64,000 bases of DNA from the NCBI GenBank assembly GCA_017822615.1, contig GCA_017822615.1_4530.1; one strand, given 5' to 3'. The notes beneath the pieces were generated by a model, which ran no database searches, was not told the DNA's origin, and saw nothing but the letters and a program-made list of their open reading frames with translations. Within the stretch, counting starts at the first letter, position 1. Each line of letters opens with the position of its first letter. Shown piece by piece: positions 31,014 through 40,578 of this stretch. This DNA comes from a phage. The translations under genes and the position numbers were made by a program.

Positions 31014-32023
31014 TATTTCTCCTTAGTCATTATTTCAGACACGGATACACACTCCACTTCAGTAACCCACTCTTTACCCTCTTTATCACCATTGTGAGAA
31101 ACAGAAACAACTTTAAATGGACCATCATAATCTCGGCTTTTTAACCAGATTGTTTTTTCTGGTAATATTGCACCATTCATTTGACATTTGAATTTAACAC
31201 CATCTGTAGGTTTCTTTGCCTTCTTAGAGGACTTGGTAACTTTTTTAGTAGGTTTTATATCGTTGTGGAATGGTTCTGGACTTCCTATCAGACCAGTTTC
31301 AGGGCTAATATAGGCGCTACGTGCACTAGACATTTGTGAACGAGGCGTGACATAAACAGATCCATCTTGTATTGACACATTGTGATCAATACTTTTACAA
31401 ATATGTTCTAGGTAATGTGAAGTGTTTCCACACATAGCTGTTGCTGAAGATAAGGTTTGATCATTATCTACGTGTATATTACCTTCTGTAGTTCCTAAAT
31501 CCTTTACCAAATCTGTCACAACACGTTTTATTTTAGTTCCTTTTGGATAACTGCGACTTGTTCTTGCTTCTGCAATGTTAATACCGCCATCTAAACAGTG
31601 TAAAGTGGTTTTCCTGTCTACCGAGTCAAAAGTATCACTAACCCACTGGATAGTTCCTTTGAAGATCATAACCAACTCTTCACCTTCGTATCCTACCGCT
31701 AAAGCAACAGCCAAGTTATTTCGGATACCACGGTTTATATAGTTAACAGTATCATCCGAAAGGTTATAAACTACAATCTCTGCTTGGTTAGGATCTTTGT
31801 TATTATCTTTCTTAATACTGAAGGTTATTTGATGGTCTTGCAACAAATACAAATTAGAAGAGGATTTTTCTGTTGTCCCTAACTTGGTATCCAAATCTAC
31901 TGTAGATTTAAATGCCGAGTTCTTAGTTCTCTTCTGTATTGTGTTTGTGGCAGAACCAATTAATAATTTGTATGCCCTGTTTAAATTAGGGGCAGGAGCT
32001 TTTGTATACTCTCTTTCTGCCAT
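31013..32023 (-). CDS. baseplate hub / tail protein
   Basis: 336 aa; downstream of tape measure. Confidence 0.45.
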   Translation of the reverse strand: MAEREYTKAPAPNLNRAYKLLIGSATNTIQKRTKNSAFKSTVDLDTKLGTTEKSSSNLYLLQDHQITFSIKKDNNKDPNQAEIVVYNLSDDTVNYINRGIRNNLAVALAVGYEGEELVMIFKGTIQWVSDTFDSVDRKTTLHCLDGGINIAEARTSRSYPKGTKIKRVVTDLVKDLGTTEGNIHVDNDQTLSSATAMCGNTSHYLEHICKSIDHNVSIQDGSVYVTPRSQMSSARSAYISPETGLIGSPEPFHNDIKPTKKVTKSSKKAKKPTDGVKFKCQMNGAILPEKTIWLKSRDYDGPFKVVSVSHNGDKEGKEWVTEVECVSVSEIMTKEK

Positions 32024-32032
32024 ATTATCTCC

Positions 32033-32446
32033 TTACGCCTGATTAGGTTTGTTATCAATATAAACCAATACAAAACGTTTATCTCGACCTGTAGTTGTAT
32101 ACCCAGGACGACCATTAATCTTAACTGTATCTACTATATATAATTGACCATCTGGCACACTTTCAAGATATTTATAAGGTTTAAGAAGATCTAAACCATT
32201 TGTAACTTTGAAACTTATACTTGGATCATCTCCAGATAATCCAATCTGACATTGCCAAGACTCGTCCCTAGTGTTCCACCTTAAACGAATGTCATAATCA
32301 ACTCCATCCAATGTAACTGTATATGTTTGATCAGGATACTCTTCAGTTTTCAGATACCATGCAAAATAAGTAGAATGGTCCTCCAGATAAACTGCACTGT
32401 AGCCTGTATTACTTGTAGACCTTGTTGTTTTAGAATAAGTTGTCAC
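32033..32446 (-). CDS. tail protein
   Basis: 137-aa ORF in the tail module. Confidence 0.45.
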   Translation of the reverse strand: MTTYSKTTRSTSNTGYSAVYLEDHSTYFAWYLKTEEYPDQTYTVTLDGVDYDIRLRWNTRDESWQCQIGLSGDDPSISFKVTNGLDLLKPYKYLESVPDGQLYIVDTVKINGRPGYTTTGRDKRFVLVYIDNKPNQA

Positions 32447-32448
32447 TA

Positions 32449-33150
32449 TTAACCTCCGTTGTTTGTTGGGGTATTAGTAGCTTCAGCAGTTCTTACTGTA
32501 ATATCTGACTTAGGACCATTCGAAGCAACTTGACCTTTCACATCACCACCAGTCGATTTATTTGGTGCTGTTTTTACAGCAATAGCATTAGTAGTGGCCT
32601 TAGAAACGAGACGGATTTGTTCAAACTCTAAATCAAATTGCATAGCAAATTCAGATTTATAATCATAAGAGTAGCCTTTGAGAATAACATTTTCAAAAGT
32701 CCTGTGTTCTGTCAAAAGAACTATTGGTTGTCTTGACTCAAATATTTGATCTAGATATTCTATTGCTTGAGAAATCCTTGCCCCATTTACACCTGCGCTG
32801 TATAATTGATCTCGCATAAGCCGAATTGGTGTTTCGGTAATTATACCTGAAAGTTTAAATCTGTTGTTTTTTATTTGAACGTGGTCACTTACATCCGATC
32901 CTGATTCTACTGGAAAACTTGTAACATCTGCCTCACGAGTTACACCTACTTCAGGGACCGAATCGAAAGTAATTGCTTTAAAGTTTTGAATGTATTGATC
33001 ACTTGAACTATTATAAACACTTGCTAAAATGCAGAAACCATTATCACCCTTTACAGTAGATGCCGAGGTATTTTTATTCTCGGTAGAGTTGATTTCCTGT
33101 TCTGCCTTATAGACGGCTCTCACCGACTGTTGTGGAGTCATTGCTGCCAT
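32449..33150 (-). CDS. tail protein
   Basis: 233-aa ORF after tape measure. Confidence 0.45.
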   Translation of the reverse strand: MAAMTPQQSVRAVYKAEQEINSTENKNTSASTVKGDNGFCILASVYNSSSDQYIQNFKAITFDSVPEVGVTREADVTSFPVESGSDVSDHVQIKNNRFKLSGIITETPIRLMRDQLYSAGVNGARISQAIEYLDQIFESRQPIVLLTEHRTFENVILKGYSYDYKSEFAMQFDLEFEQIRLVSKATTNAIAVKTAPNKSTGGDVKGQVASNGPKSDITVRTAEATNTPTNNGG

Positions 33151-33245
33151 GATAACCTCGTAGTAATGATAATGCCAAAAGGAAGATGCAAGATCTTCCC
33201 ATATTGATTATTGTAACACATATAGAAACTTCGTGTCAAGGGAAA

Positions 33246-33269
33246 CGAAAAAACCCCGCCGAAGCGAGG
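33246..33269 (-). terminator. rho-independent terminator (minus strand)
   Basis: GC hairpin followed by a T6 run on the minus strand just after the tape measure stop. Confidence 0.45.
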
Positions 33270-33276
33270 TATTTTA

Positions 33277-35262
33277 TTAACCACCAGTGTTAGATTGTCC
33301 ACTTAGAGTTGAAAGAGATAAACGTTGGAAAATGCTATTTCCGCTATTTTGAATTCTTGCATCAAGAATATTTCCAAACTCTGAAGAAGGGCTGATCGTA
33401 ACTTTGATAAGATCACTTGGTATTGCTACCGTATTCTCAACAACAGGTTGATTACGAGCCAAACTTACATTAGGTGTATATGCCGACTGACGTAAATCTT
33501 CCAGAGGGTTTCCGAAACCGAAGGTTTGTGATCTGGTTTCTTCTCCTCTTATAGCACGACCAACATCTCGTGTATCTAAACCAGTGGCATTAAATATCCA
33601 ATCTGCTATAGTATTTGGTATTATTTGAGATGCGTCATTCACCTTATCTAATATAGATTTGTTCGGATCTGAATTTTTACCAAAAGTATCAGGGAAAGTT
33701 TCTTTTAACCAGTTATTAAAAGATCCAAAACCATCTCCTAATTCTTTAGCAAACCCTGTAAGCTGGACAGTTGTCTTACCAAGTTCTTCACCTAAATTTT
33801 TGGCGAACTGATCTAACACTTTAACGTTATCCAACCAACCATCATCTTTAGGTAAAGCTTTTACAAAACCTTCTAAGAAATGGTTCTGCATACCTTGACC
33901 TACAAGTTGAACTGTTGCAGCAAAACGAGTAAACTCTTTAGAAGCGTCTATTTGTTCTTGAGTTAATGTTGCACCTGTTCTTTGAAGCATTTTCAATGTT
34001 TCATTGTATCCTTCGCCGTTTTTACTAAACATTCGTTGGTAGTGCATAAGGTCGTCACCAAGGTTTTCAAGAAGTCGCCCGATTTGAGCAGAGTTCATAC
34101 CTCGACGCTCACCTTCATTAACAGTAGCCTGAATAAAAGCTAAAGGATCGTTCTGTAAAGGTTTAAGCTGTTCTGGATTCCATCCAAACAAGTTCATAAT
34201 GTCATTTATGCCATTATCACCGCCTTTCCACTTCCCTTCTTTCTCATTCCATTTTGAGGCTAAAACTGTATTACCAAGACGTTCACGAACGTCTTTAATA
34301 TTATCTATTGACTTAATAATATTTGCAGAGTCTACACCGTTCTGTTCACCCCAAGCTGTCATCGTTAAAATAGAGTTGGCGTTTGTCTGAACGTTTTCAG
34401 CGCCACGGCTTACAAGTTTAATTCTTTCGTTAGTATTCATCAAAGTGTTACCAACTACAGAACCACCTGCAAACAGTCCAGCACCGATCAAAGAGGATGC
34501 AATCATGCGTGGATTAAGACCTGCTGCACCTTCTTTTAATTGTCCATATCGACGATCACGATCACGTTTTTGTTGAGCTAATTCACGCTTACGGTTGCGT
34601 TCTATATCTCTAAGTTCACGATTTCGCATACGTATACGCATTTTAGCTTCTGCTTCTAGCTCTCTACGAATACGGCGACGACCGCGAACCTCGTCTTCTA
34701 TTTCAGCATTCTTTTCACGATGAGATCTGCGTAAAGCATCCAACTGGTGAGCAAGAGCTTGGTTCATACGTTGAAGAGTTATTTCACCCTTTTTGTATTG
34801 CTCTACAGCTTTACCCATAACGTCCCTAGCTTCTTGCATAGCCCCAGGACTGGCTTTACTAAACGCTCTTGCTCTGTAGTTAAAGTTCTGCAAACGAAGA
34901 TTACCTAAATCTTCCCTACGTGCTGCTGCTTTAGCTTCGCGTTCAGCAGCTTTACGAGCTTTTTCTTCTTCTCTACCTTGTGGGGTTTTAGGAGTTCTAG
35001 GTCTACCAGAACCACCTACAGGAGCACCCGCTCCAGCGGGAGTAGGTGCTCGCATAGGTTTTTGGCTTTGAGTTTGAGCTTTCTTAAGTTCACGCTCAAT
35101 CTCTTTCATTTGTTGTCTAAACTTGGTCATGTTCATAGTGGGTTGCATTTTATTTGCAAACTTCTGAACACTCAACACGGCATCTTTTGCTTCCTTGAGA
35201 CTGTTCTTGTCCACCTTAAACGTAACCACGTTACTAATTCTGGAGGCGTTAATTTCTAACAA
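33277..35262 (-). CDS. tail tape measure protein
   Basis: 661 aa; Arg/Glu-rich helical core; follows the chaperone pair. Confidence 0.75.
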   Translation of the reverse strand: MLEINASRISNVVTFKVDKNSLKEAKDAVLSVQKFANKMQPTMNMTKFRQQMKEIERELKKAQTQSQKPMRAPTPAGAGAPVGGSGRPRTPKTPQGREEEKARKAAEREAKAAARREDLGNLRLQNFNYRARAFSKASPGAMQEARDVMGKAVEQYKKGEITLQRMNQALAHQLDALRRSHREKNAEIEDEVRGRRRIRRELEAEAKMRIRMRNRELRDIERNRKRELAQQKRDRDRRYGQLKEGAAGLNPRMIASSLIGAGLFAGGSVVGNTLMNTNERIKLVSRGAENVQTNANSILTMTAWGEQNGVDSANIIKSIDNIKDVRERLGNTVLASKWNEKEGKWKGGDNGINDIMNLFGWNPEQLKPLQNDPLAFIQATVNEGERRGMNSAQIGRLLENLGDDLMHYQRMFSKNGEGYNETLKMLQRTGATLTQEQIDASKEFTRFAATVQLVGQGMQNHFLEGFVKALPKDDGWLDNVKVLDQFAKNLGEELGKTTVQLTGFAKELGDGFGSFNNWLKETFPDTFGKNSDPNKSILDKVNDASQIIPNTIADWIFNATGLDTRDVGRAIRGEETRSQTFGFGNPLEDLRQSAYTPNVSLARNQPVVENTVAIPSDLIKVTISPSSEFGNILDARIQNSGNSIFQRLSLSTLSGQSNTGG

Positions 35263-35282
35263 AGTATGTTCCTCGTGTTGGA

Positions 35283-35618
35283 TTAAACAAGTTTCTTAAA
35301 CAAATCTGACATTTTGTTTGTCTGGTTTTGATGTTTTCTCTTTATTGAAGTGTCTTTAACATACATGGCTTCAACATACTCTTCGTATGTTAAATACTCA
35401 TATAGTTTTAAAAGATAATCTACACCGTAGTTATCTAATGTTTTCAGTGTTTCCGAGGTATCTTTAACGACTTTGCAAAGAATAACCTCATACCACTTCA
35501 AAGTAAGGGTTTTCGTTGCTGTGTCGATAGCATGTTCAATCGCAGGTGTTAATTTGCTGCTAAACTCGTCATCGCCTGAAGCTGTGTGAACAGTTTTCCG
35601 AAACCTCGTTTGAAAAAA
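35283..35618 (-). other. -1 frameshift extension of the tail assembly chaperone (GT-like fusion, about 249 aa)
   Basis: Slippery heptamer at 35612-35618 (minus strand); the -1 frame is open from there through the 72-aa ORF to the stop at 35283. Confidence 0.55.
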
Positions 35619-36031
35619 GGGCCGTAGTTTACCTCCAGAACTTTAGCAGTAAGATCTAACACTAGTTCTGGGTGAGCCATAAATAATTCATCAAAATTTT
35701 CTGCAACGTTATAACCGTCTTGAGTATAAACCTCATCTAAAATTTTACGCAAAAAGACAGTTAAATTCTTTTCTTCCAAACCTGCAAAAAGTTGGATCAG
35801 TGCCATAGCAATACGTGACTCAAGGTCTTCGTCTGCGGACATTGTTGCTGTGCTATACATAGTCATAGGAACAACCAGAACACTACCTAATTCTGGAATC
35901 CTGTCAAACACTTTAGATGGACTCCACTTCATAATACGGAAAGTAACAGATCTGTTTCCATCTAACGGAATCTCAACTACTTCTTCTGGTCGAGCATATT
36001 TTTGAATTGTGTTATCTTGTTCTTGTGACAT
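35549..36031 (-). CDS. tail assembly chaperone (G-like)
   Basis: 160 aa directly upstream of tape measure; contains slippery heptamer T_TTT_TTC. Confidence 0.65.
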   Translation of the reverse strand: MSQEQDNTIQKYARPEEVVEIPLDGNRSVTFRIMKWSPSKVFDRIPELGSVLVVPMTMYSTATMSADEDLESRIAMALIQLFAGLEEKNLTVFLRKILDEVYTQDGYNVAENFDELFMAHPELVLDLTAKVLEVNYGPFFKRGFGKLFTQLQAMTSLAAN

Positions 36032-36076
36032 ATTTTCCTCTCTAATGATAAAAAGGGCATTTCTGCCCTTTATTTA

Positions 36077-36556
36077 TTATTGAATTGTCAGAGCAGAGAT
36101 TGAGTTAAGGGTGCTCAAACCTACACCAACTTCATTACGCAGAAGGCTTGCATCTTTAAGACCAATAACCCATTGGTTCTCTGTAATCATTTCGCCAATA
36201 GTATCTTCAGGCTGACTTTGAATCCATCCAATCGTGCTAATGTAATAGCCACGTGGGTCTTCCAAGTAAACACTGAATGCTACTTGACGAGTAGAATACA
36301 TTGTTTGTGCATATGTTGCAAGTACTTCGTTAGCTGGAGATGTGCGTTGCAAAGACATTGTGAGTGTTCCCAAACGGTTACGACTCAAAGCTAATGAAAC
36401 GTCCCCATCAGTCCCTGAATAAGGGTTGATAATATCGTTAGATTTAGCAATAACGATTTTAGTATCAGCCGCAAAACCCCACGGTTCCCAACCACCTAAT
36501 GAAAGGATAACTTGAGATGGGTCGTAGGCCATTACGCCAGTAAGCATTTTATCCAT
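36077..36556 (-). CDS. tail tube protein
   Basis: 159 aa immediately downstream of the sheath gene; RBS AAGAGG. Confidence 0.65.
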   Translation of the reverse strand: MDKMLTGVMAYDPSQVILSLGGWEPWGFAADTKIVIAKSNDIINPYSGTDGDVSLALSRNRLGTLTMSLQRTSPANEVLATYAQTMYSTRQVAFSVYLEDPRGYYISTIGWIQSQPEDTIGEMITENQWVIGLKDASLLRNEVGVGLSTLNSISALTIQ

Positions 36557-36580
36557 TATAGATCCTCTTTATTTTGATAA

Positions 36581-36597
36581 CGGGGGCTTAACCCCCG
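36581..36597 (-). promoter_or_regulatory. intergenic GC hairpin between sheath and tube genes
   Basis: cggggg-cttaa-cccccg perfect 6-bp stem; no clean T-run. Confidence 0.35.
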
Positions 36598-36602
36598 CCG
36601 TA

Positions 36603-37976
36603 TTAGTTTGCAGTACGGTTAGTCAGGACGTTGACCTGAACTTTAACGTAATGGAAGAAGCCAGCGTAAACATATTCAATCTTCATCCCATCAACCAGAC
36701 GAGCATTGATTTGCGCATCGGTCATATCGGCACGAGAAGGAATATAAACTATAGGTTTCAGATCGACACGCAAACCAGTCTCTTCAGAAGTAACAACTTC
36801 ATTAGCGATGGAACCGTTGAGGATACCTACTTGGATCGGGTTAGCCAGAACAGCTTGTCGAATCAAAGCTAGACCGTTTGAAGTAGCACGAACACCACCA
36901 CCCAGCATAGACTGTTGTTTAAACAGTGTAAACAGTGATTCTTCTGTGCGAGCTTTAAACCACAAAGCATGAACAACATAGTCAACAAAGAAACCGCTAA
37001 CCATCAATCCATCACGATAGAACAGAGTTCCATGCTCTTTACGATAGATGTTACCGTTCTGTTGAACAATATTGTTTTCCGAAGTCTGATCCAGTTTCTC
37101 GATCTCTACACCTACCAGTGTTTTACCGTGAAGGGTAGTTAAACCAGGTTGACGAGAACAGATAGCACCAACAACTGCTGCTTCTGGGAATACAGAATCT
37201 GCATCGGTCATCCACAATGCAAAGCAAGTGTTATTATAACCGAGATCATTCAGTCGTTCCAGAACGTTATCTTCTGCTTTCGTTTTAATTCCAGGTTCAG
37301 AACTAGAGAAGAAGTAAACTTTATCATTCTCTTCTACCCATGCAGCCAAAGCTAGAATATCTTCTGTTTCATGGGAATCTGAAAGGGTCCAGAACCAGCT
37401 ACTATCAATATCATGCAGAGCAGCAATATCTTCCGTAATAGCATTAGCATAGACAGTTTCTTGAGTGAAACCTGTGCTATCAATAGAACCAAACTTACCT
37501 TCTACTGGAGTGAAAGTCATTGCAGCGCCGTTGTTAGCTACTGTAAACAGTGGGCCATAAACAAGATCTGCATTGATCATTTCAGTAAGACCAACTACAA
37601 TCTCTTGTGCAGTTGCAGTGTCATCAGCAATGAATTTAAATTCTTTTTTCTTGGTACCATTTTTGATGGTAATTGTGTAAGTTGCACTATCTTCTACGAT
37701 TGGAGTTAGAGTAAAGTTTGTAACTTCACGCTTACCAACCATAACTTGATCTGGTGGGAACAAACCGTTAAACAGTTTGACTGCCATAATATACGCTGGA
37801 TCATTTAATCCATAACCTGCTTCCAAAAGTGCATCGGAAGAAGAGTAATATTGAATCGCTTCGCCAGTTACGTTCTGACCTGTAAGGATCAGGGGAATAT
37901 CGAACTGGGTTTCACGAATTGATGTAGCACCATACAGTAAAGTTACGGTTGCTACCTTTTCACGAAAAGTTGCCAT
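36603..37976 (-). CDS. tail sheath protein
   Basis: 457 aa; precedes the tube gene, as in contractile tails. Confidence 0.7.
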   Translation of the reverse strand: MATFREKVATVTLLYGATSIRETQFDIPLILTGQNVTGEAIQYYSSSDALLEAGYGLNDPAYIMAVKLFNGLFPPDQVMVGKREVTNFTLTPIVEDSATYTITIKNGTKKKEFKFIADDTATAQEIVVGLTEMINADLVYGPLFTVANNGAAMTFTPVEGKFGSIDSTGFTQETVYANAITEDIAALHDIDSSWFWTLSDSHETEDILALAAWVEENDKVYFFSSSEPGIKTKAEDNVLERLNDLGYNNTCFALWMTDADSVFPEAAVVGAICSRQPGLTTLHGKTLVGVEIEKLDQTSENNIVQQNGNIYRKEHGTLFYRDGLMVSGFFVDYVVHALWFKARTEESLFTLFKQQSMLGGGVRATSNGLALIRQAVLANPIQVGILNGSIANEVVTSEETGLRVDLKPIVYIPSRADMTDAQINARLVDGMKIEYVYAGFFHYVKVQVNVLTNRTAN

Positions 37977-38010
37977 TTATGCTCCTGTTAGAAACTTAAT
38001 TCCAATGAGT

Positions 38011-38670
38011 TTATTCGGTAGGGTTGTTAAATAATGATCCATTTTGATTAACTGACGAGTATTCGCCTGGAACCAAAGTAATTGCATAAACCCTGTTTAG
38101 AATTAAATCTAAAGGGATAGGATCATTGTAACTATCTCTGAATGAACGGATGTGCATGTTGATTGCTTCTATTGGTGTAGTAGCAATATCTTCAATACTC
38201 ATGCGAGTGTTGAACGTCATAACCATACGCGCTCTTAATTCAGTCTTATCTCCGTCTACAATTGTATTGGCTTGAGCTATATTAGAGGCTCCTAAAAAAC
38301 CAAGACCTTTAGAATAGAGATGTTTGTATTTTAATTCCTCTGCACCACGGAGAGCAGCCAGAACATAGCTCATCAAAGTGGTAGGTCTTCCACGATAGGC
38401 TACAAGTTCAATCTCGTAGGTATTATCCATCTCGTAGGAATACATATCATTTTGAATAGAGCTTCGGTAAGACCAACCTCCAGAATCGCTGGAAGTGATA
38501 ATACGTAGTGCTAGGTAAGGAGTATCCGGTTTAATGAATGGCTTATCCATAACATAGACTGGCAACCCCACTAATTCTTGAAGGAAGCCACCTATATTTA
38601 AGTAGATGGCATTTTCGTATGCTTCTATTTGTTGGTAAATATTAGCCAAAGTTTCCTCCTTCTGTTCCAT
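38011..38670 (-). CDS. neck/tail completion protein
   Basis: 219 aa between head and tail modules. Confidence 0.45.
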   Translation of the reverse strand: MEQKEETLANIYQQIEAYENAIYLNIGGFLQELVGLPVYVMDKPFIKPDTPYLALRIITSSDSGGWSYRSSIQNDMYSYEMDNTYEIELVAYRGRPTTLMSYVLAALRGAEELKYKHLYSKGLGFLGASNIAQANTIVDGDKTELRARMVMTFNTRMSIEDIATTPIEAINMHIRSFRDSYNDPIPLDLILNRVYAITLVPGEYSSVNQNGSLFNNPTE

Positions 38671-39091
38671 AAGACCAGGAGTTGTTTTGATCGTCTAATA
38701 TTGCAACACAGTGATGATGGACTAAGAAAGATGTTCTGGTCCAATCTTTAAGGGAATAAACAGAATACCATTTACCATCTATCAATATCTGATCTGATAA
38801 CTGTTCTGTTCCTTGTTGTAACCCCTTCATTTCTGTTTTAGTCCAGAAACTATATTGAGCCTTAGATCTGTAACCTTCAGGTAGTGCATTCAGTATTTTA
38901 CCAGATATCGGTTGTAAGCTTGCAGCTTCAATAGTAAATGGTTCATATTCTACACTACTTTCTAAGTTAGCAATAACTGAACCAACGGCCTCTTTGTAGA
39001 CTCGTCTACGACCTTGGTATTCAGTTAGATCAAGGAGAGTAAATTGATCTAGTAACACTTGTATCTCCTTTTTAGTATACATCAAAAACAA
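38642..39091 (-). CDS. head-tail joining protein
   Basis: 149-aa ORF overlapping its neighbour. Confidence 0.45.
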   Translation of the reverse strand: MFLMYTKKEIQVLLDQFTLLDLTEYQGRRRVYKEAVGSVIANLESSVEYEPFTIEAASLQPISGKILNALPEGYRSKAQYSFWTKTEMKGLQQGTEQLSDQILIDGKWYSVYSLKDWTRTSFLVHHHCVAILDDQNNSWSYGTEGGNFG

Positions 39092-39103
39092 AGTTTATGC
39101 AAG

Positions 39104-39592
39104 TTATTTTTTAGACTTGCTTTTTGTGATTTTTGTTTCGATTGCATTTATCATGTGTGCCGTATCTATTAAGATATGATTAGAATAGTTGCCTTTATCT
39201 TGTCGTATCTTAATTGTCACAGGAGATAAAGGACGATAACGTTGCATTGCAATCGCTTGAGCTATTCCTTCTCTAGAGGCTCTCGCTATAGGCTCAAAAA
39301 CAGCTAACCCGACATTATTCATTAGGTAATTTGCAAACACCTGCTTCATCTTTTTAGCGATATCGTTCTGTGAGATAACAGCACCATCTGTTATAAAAGG
39401 GCGAGCAGGTATGTTATTTGTTTCATTACCATATTGTTGAATAGCTGCTATTGCAGGAATAGTGAGATCTGATTCAGGATGCCTTTTGTTTGTTAAAAAA
39501 CCAGCTTCGATTTGAACTTGTTCAAGGTCCATCATCTTTTTGATAATGGTTTCCCAATCTGTATCGTCACCTGGTAAGATCTCACTTTCCAT
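39104..39592 (-). CDS. head-tail joining protein
   Basis: 162-aa ORF. Confidence 0.45.
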   Translation of the reverse strand: MESEILPGDDTDWETIIKKMMDLEQVQIEAGFLTNKRHPESDLTIPAIAAIQQYGNETNNIPARPFITDGAVISQNDIAKKMKQVFANYLMNNVGLAVFEPIARASREGIAQAIAMQRYRPLSPVTIKIRQDKGNYSNHILIDTAHMINAIETKITKSKSKK

Positions 39593-40140
39593 TATTTGTC
39601 CCTACGATAAAAAGAAACAGGTCCGTAATTTCGCAAATAATTAACGTTGCGTGTATTACGATCAACACTTGCAACATTACCAAGACCATTTACAGAGTTA
39701 GGATCGCTGTTTACTCGATCAATCTCACGAGCATCCACACCGCCAATAAGAACTTTGCTGGTTGCTCCTCGTCCTGCCGTGCACCCAGGGATCACCATAA
39801 GACCATTTAAATAGTTATGATAGATATCTTCCCACGGAGATTTATAAGTGACTTGACCGTTGTTAAATTTAACTTCAACTTCGACTTCACCCATCTTTTC
39901 TCTGCGGGACATAGCTCCTCCTGTTTGAGTACTGTTGTTAAGAACATCGTTGTTCCATAAATACTCTAAAACAGAAATCAAGCTGTTCCACAATACTGCA
40001 CACTTATCCTTATCTTCATTCCCTATAATATCAATCCAAGTTTGGATGATCTGAATCAGCATCGCATCTGGCAATACTTCTTGAGAAGGGTTATAAACAA
40101 GAATTCGGATCAGTGGTGCCAACTCTACCGCATTCAGCAT
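39592..40140 (-). CDS. head completion / connector protein
   Basis: 182-aa ORF. Confidence 0.45.
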   Translation of the reverse strand: MLNAVELAPLIRILVYNPSQEVLPDAMLIQIIQTWIDIIGNEDKDKCAVLWNSLISVLEYLWNNDVLNNSTQTGGAMSRREKMGEVEVEVKFNNGQVTYKSPWEDIYHNYLNGLMVIPGCTAGRGATSKVLIGGVDAREIDRVNSDPNSVNGLGNVASVDRNTRNVNYLRNYGPVSFYRRDK

Positions 40141-40149
40141 AAGCCCACC

Positions 40150-40548
40150 TTATTTTTTACGAAGGGAACGTTTTTTAGCTGGAGTGTCTACCGCTTCTAC
40201 TTTTAAAACTTCTTCTTTGATTTTTACAGGTGCATAGTCTTCGTAACTTACAAGATAGTAACCCATGTGTTCTTCACTTGCAAAAGGATGCACAAGAATA
40301 CCTGTTTCTTCTCTCAAACGCGTGAGGAAGTGAATGAAGTTTCCACCTAATGCAATACGACCATCTTTCAGATAGAAAGACATTGGTGGCGCAGATACTA
40401 ATGTTTTATCAGCATCAATCAGTGGTGAAAGCGATTCGAAATCACGAATCATTTCGTGATAACTAAAGTAACGTTTCAATTCTGGGTTTGACATATCAAT
40501 CTCCTCGTTGTAAACTCTTATTGTAAACAGAAAAGGCTCGCCCATCAC
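40150..40548 (-). CDS. head-associated protein
   Basis: 132 aa; start codon lies inside a hairpin just after the capsid gene. Confidence 0.5.
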   Translation of the reverse strand: MMGEPFLFTIRVYNEEIDMSNPELKRYFSYHEMIRDFESLSPLIDADKTLVSAPPMSFYLKDGRIALGGNFIHFLTRLREETGILVHPFASEEHMGYYLVSYEDYAPVKIKEEVLKVEAVDTPAKKRSLRKK

Positions 40549-40578
40549 GGACGAGCCTCTAATCTTAACAGAGTTCTA

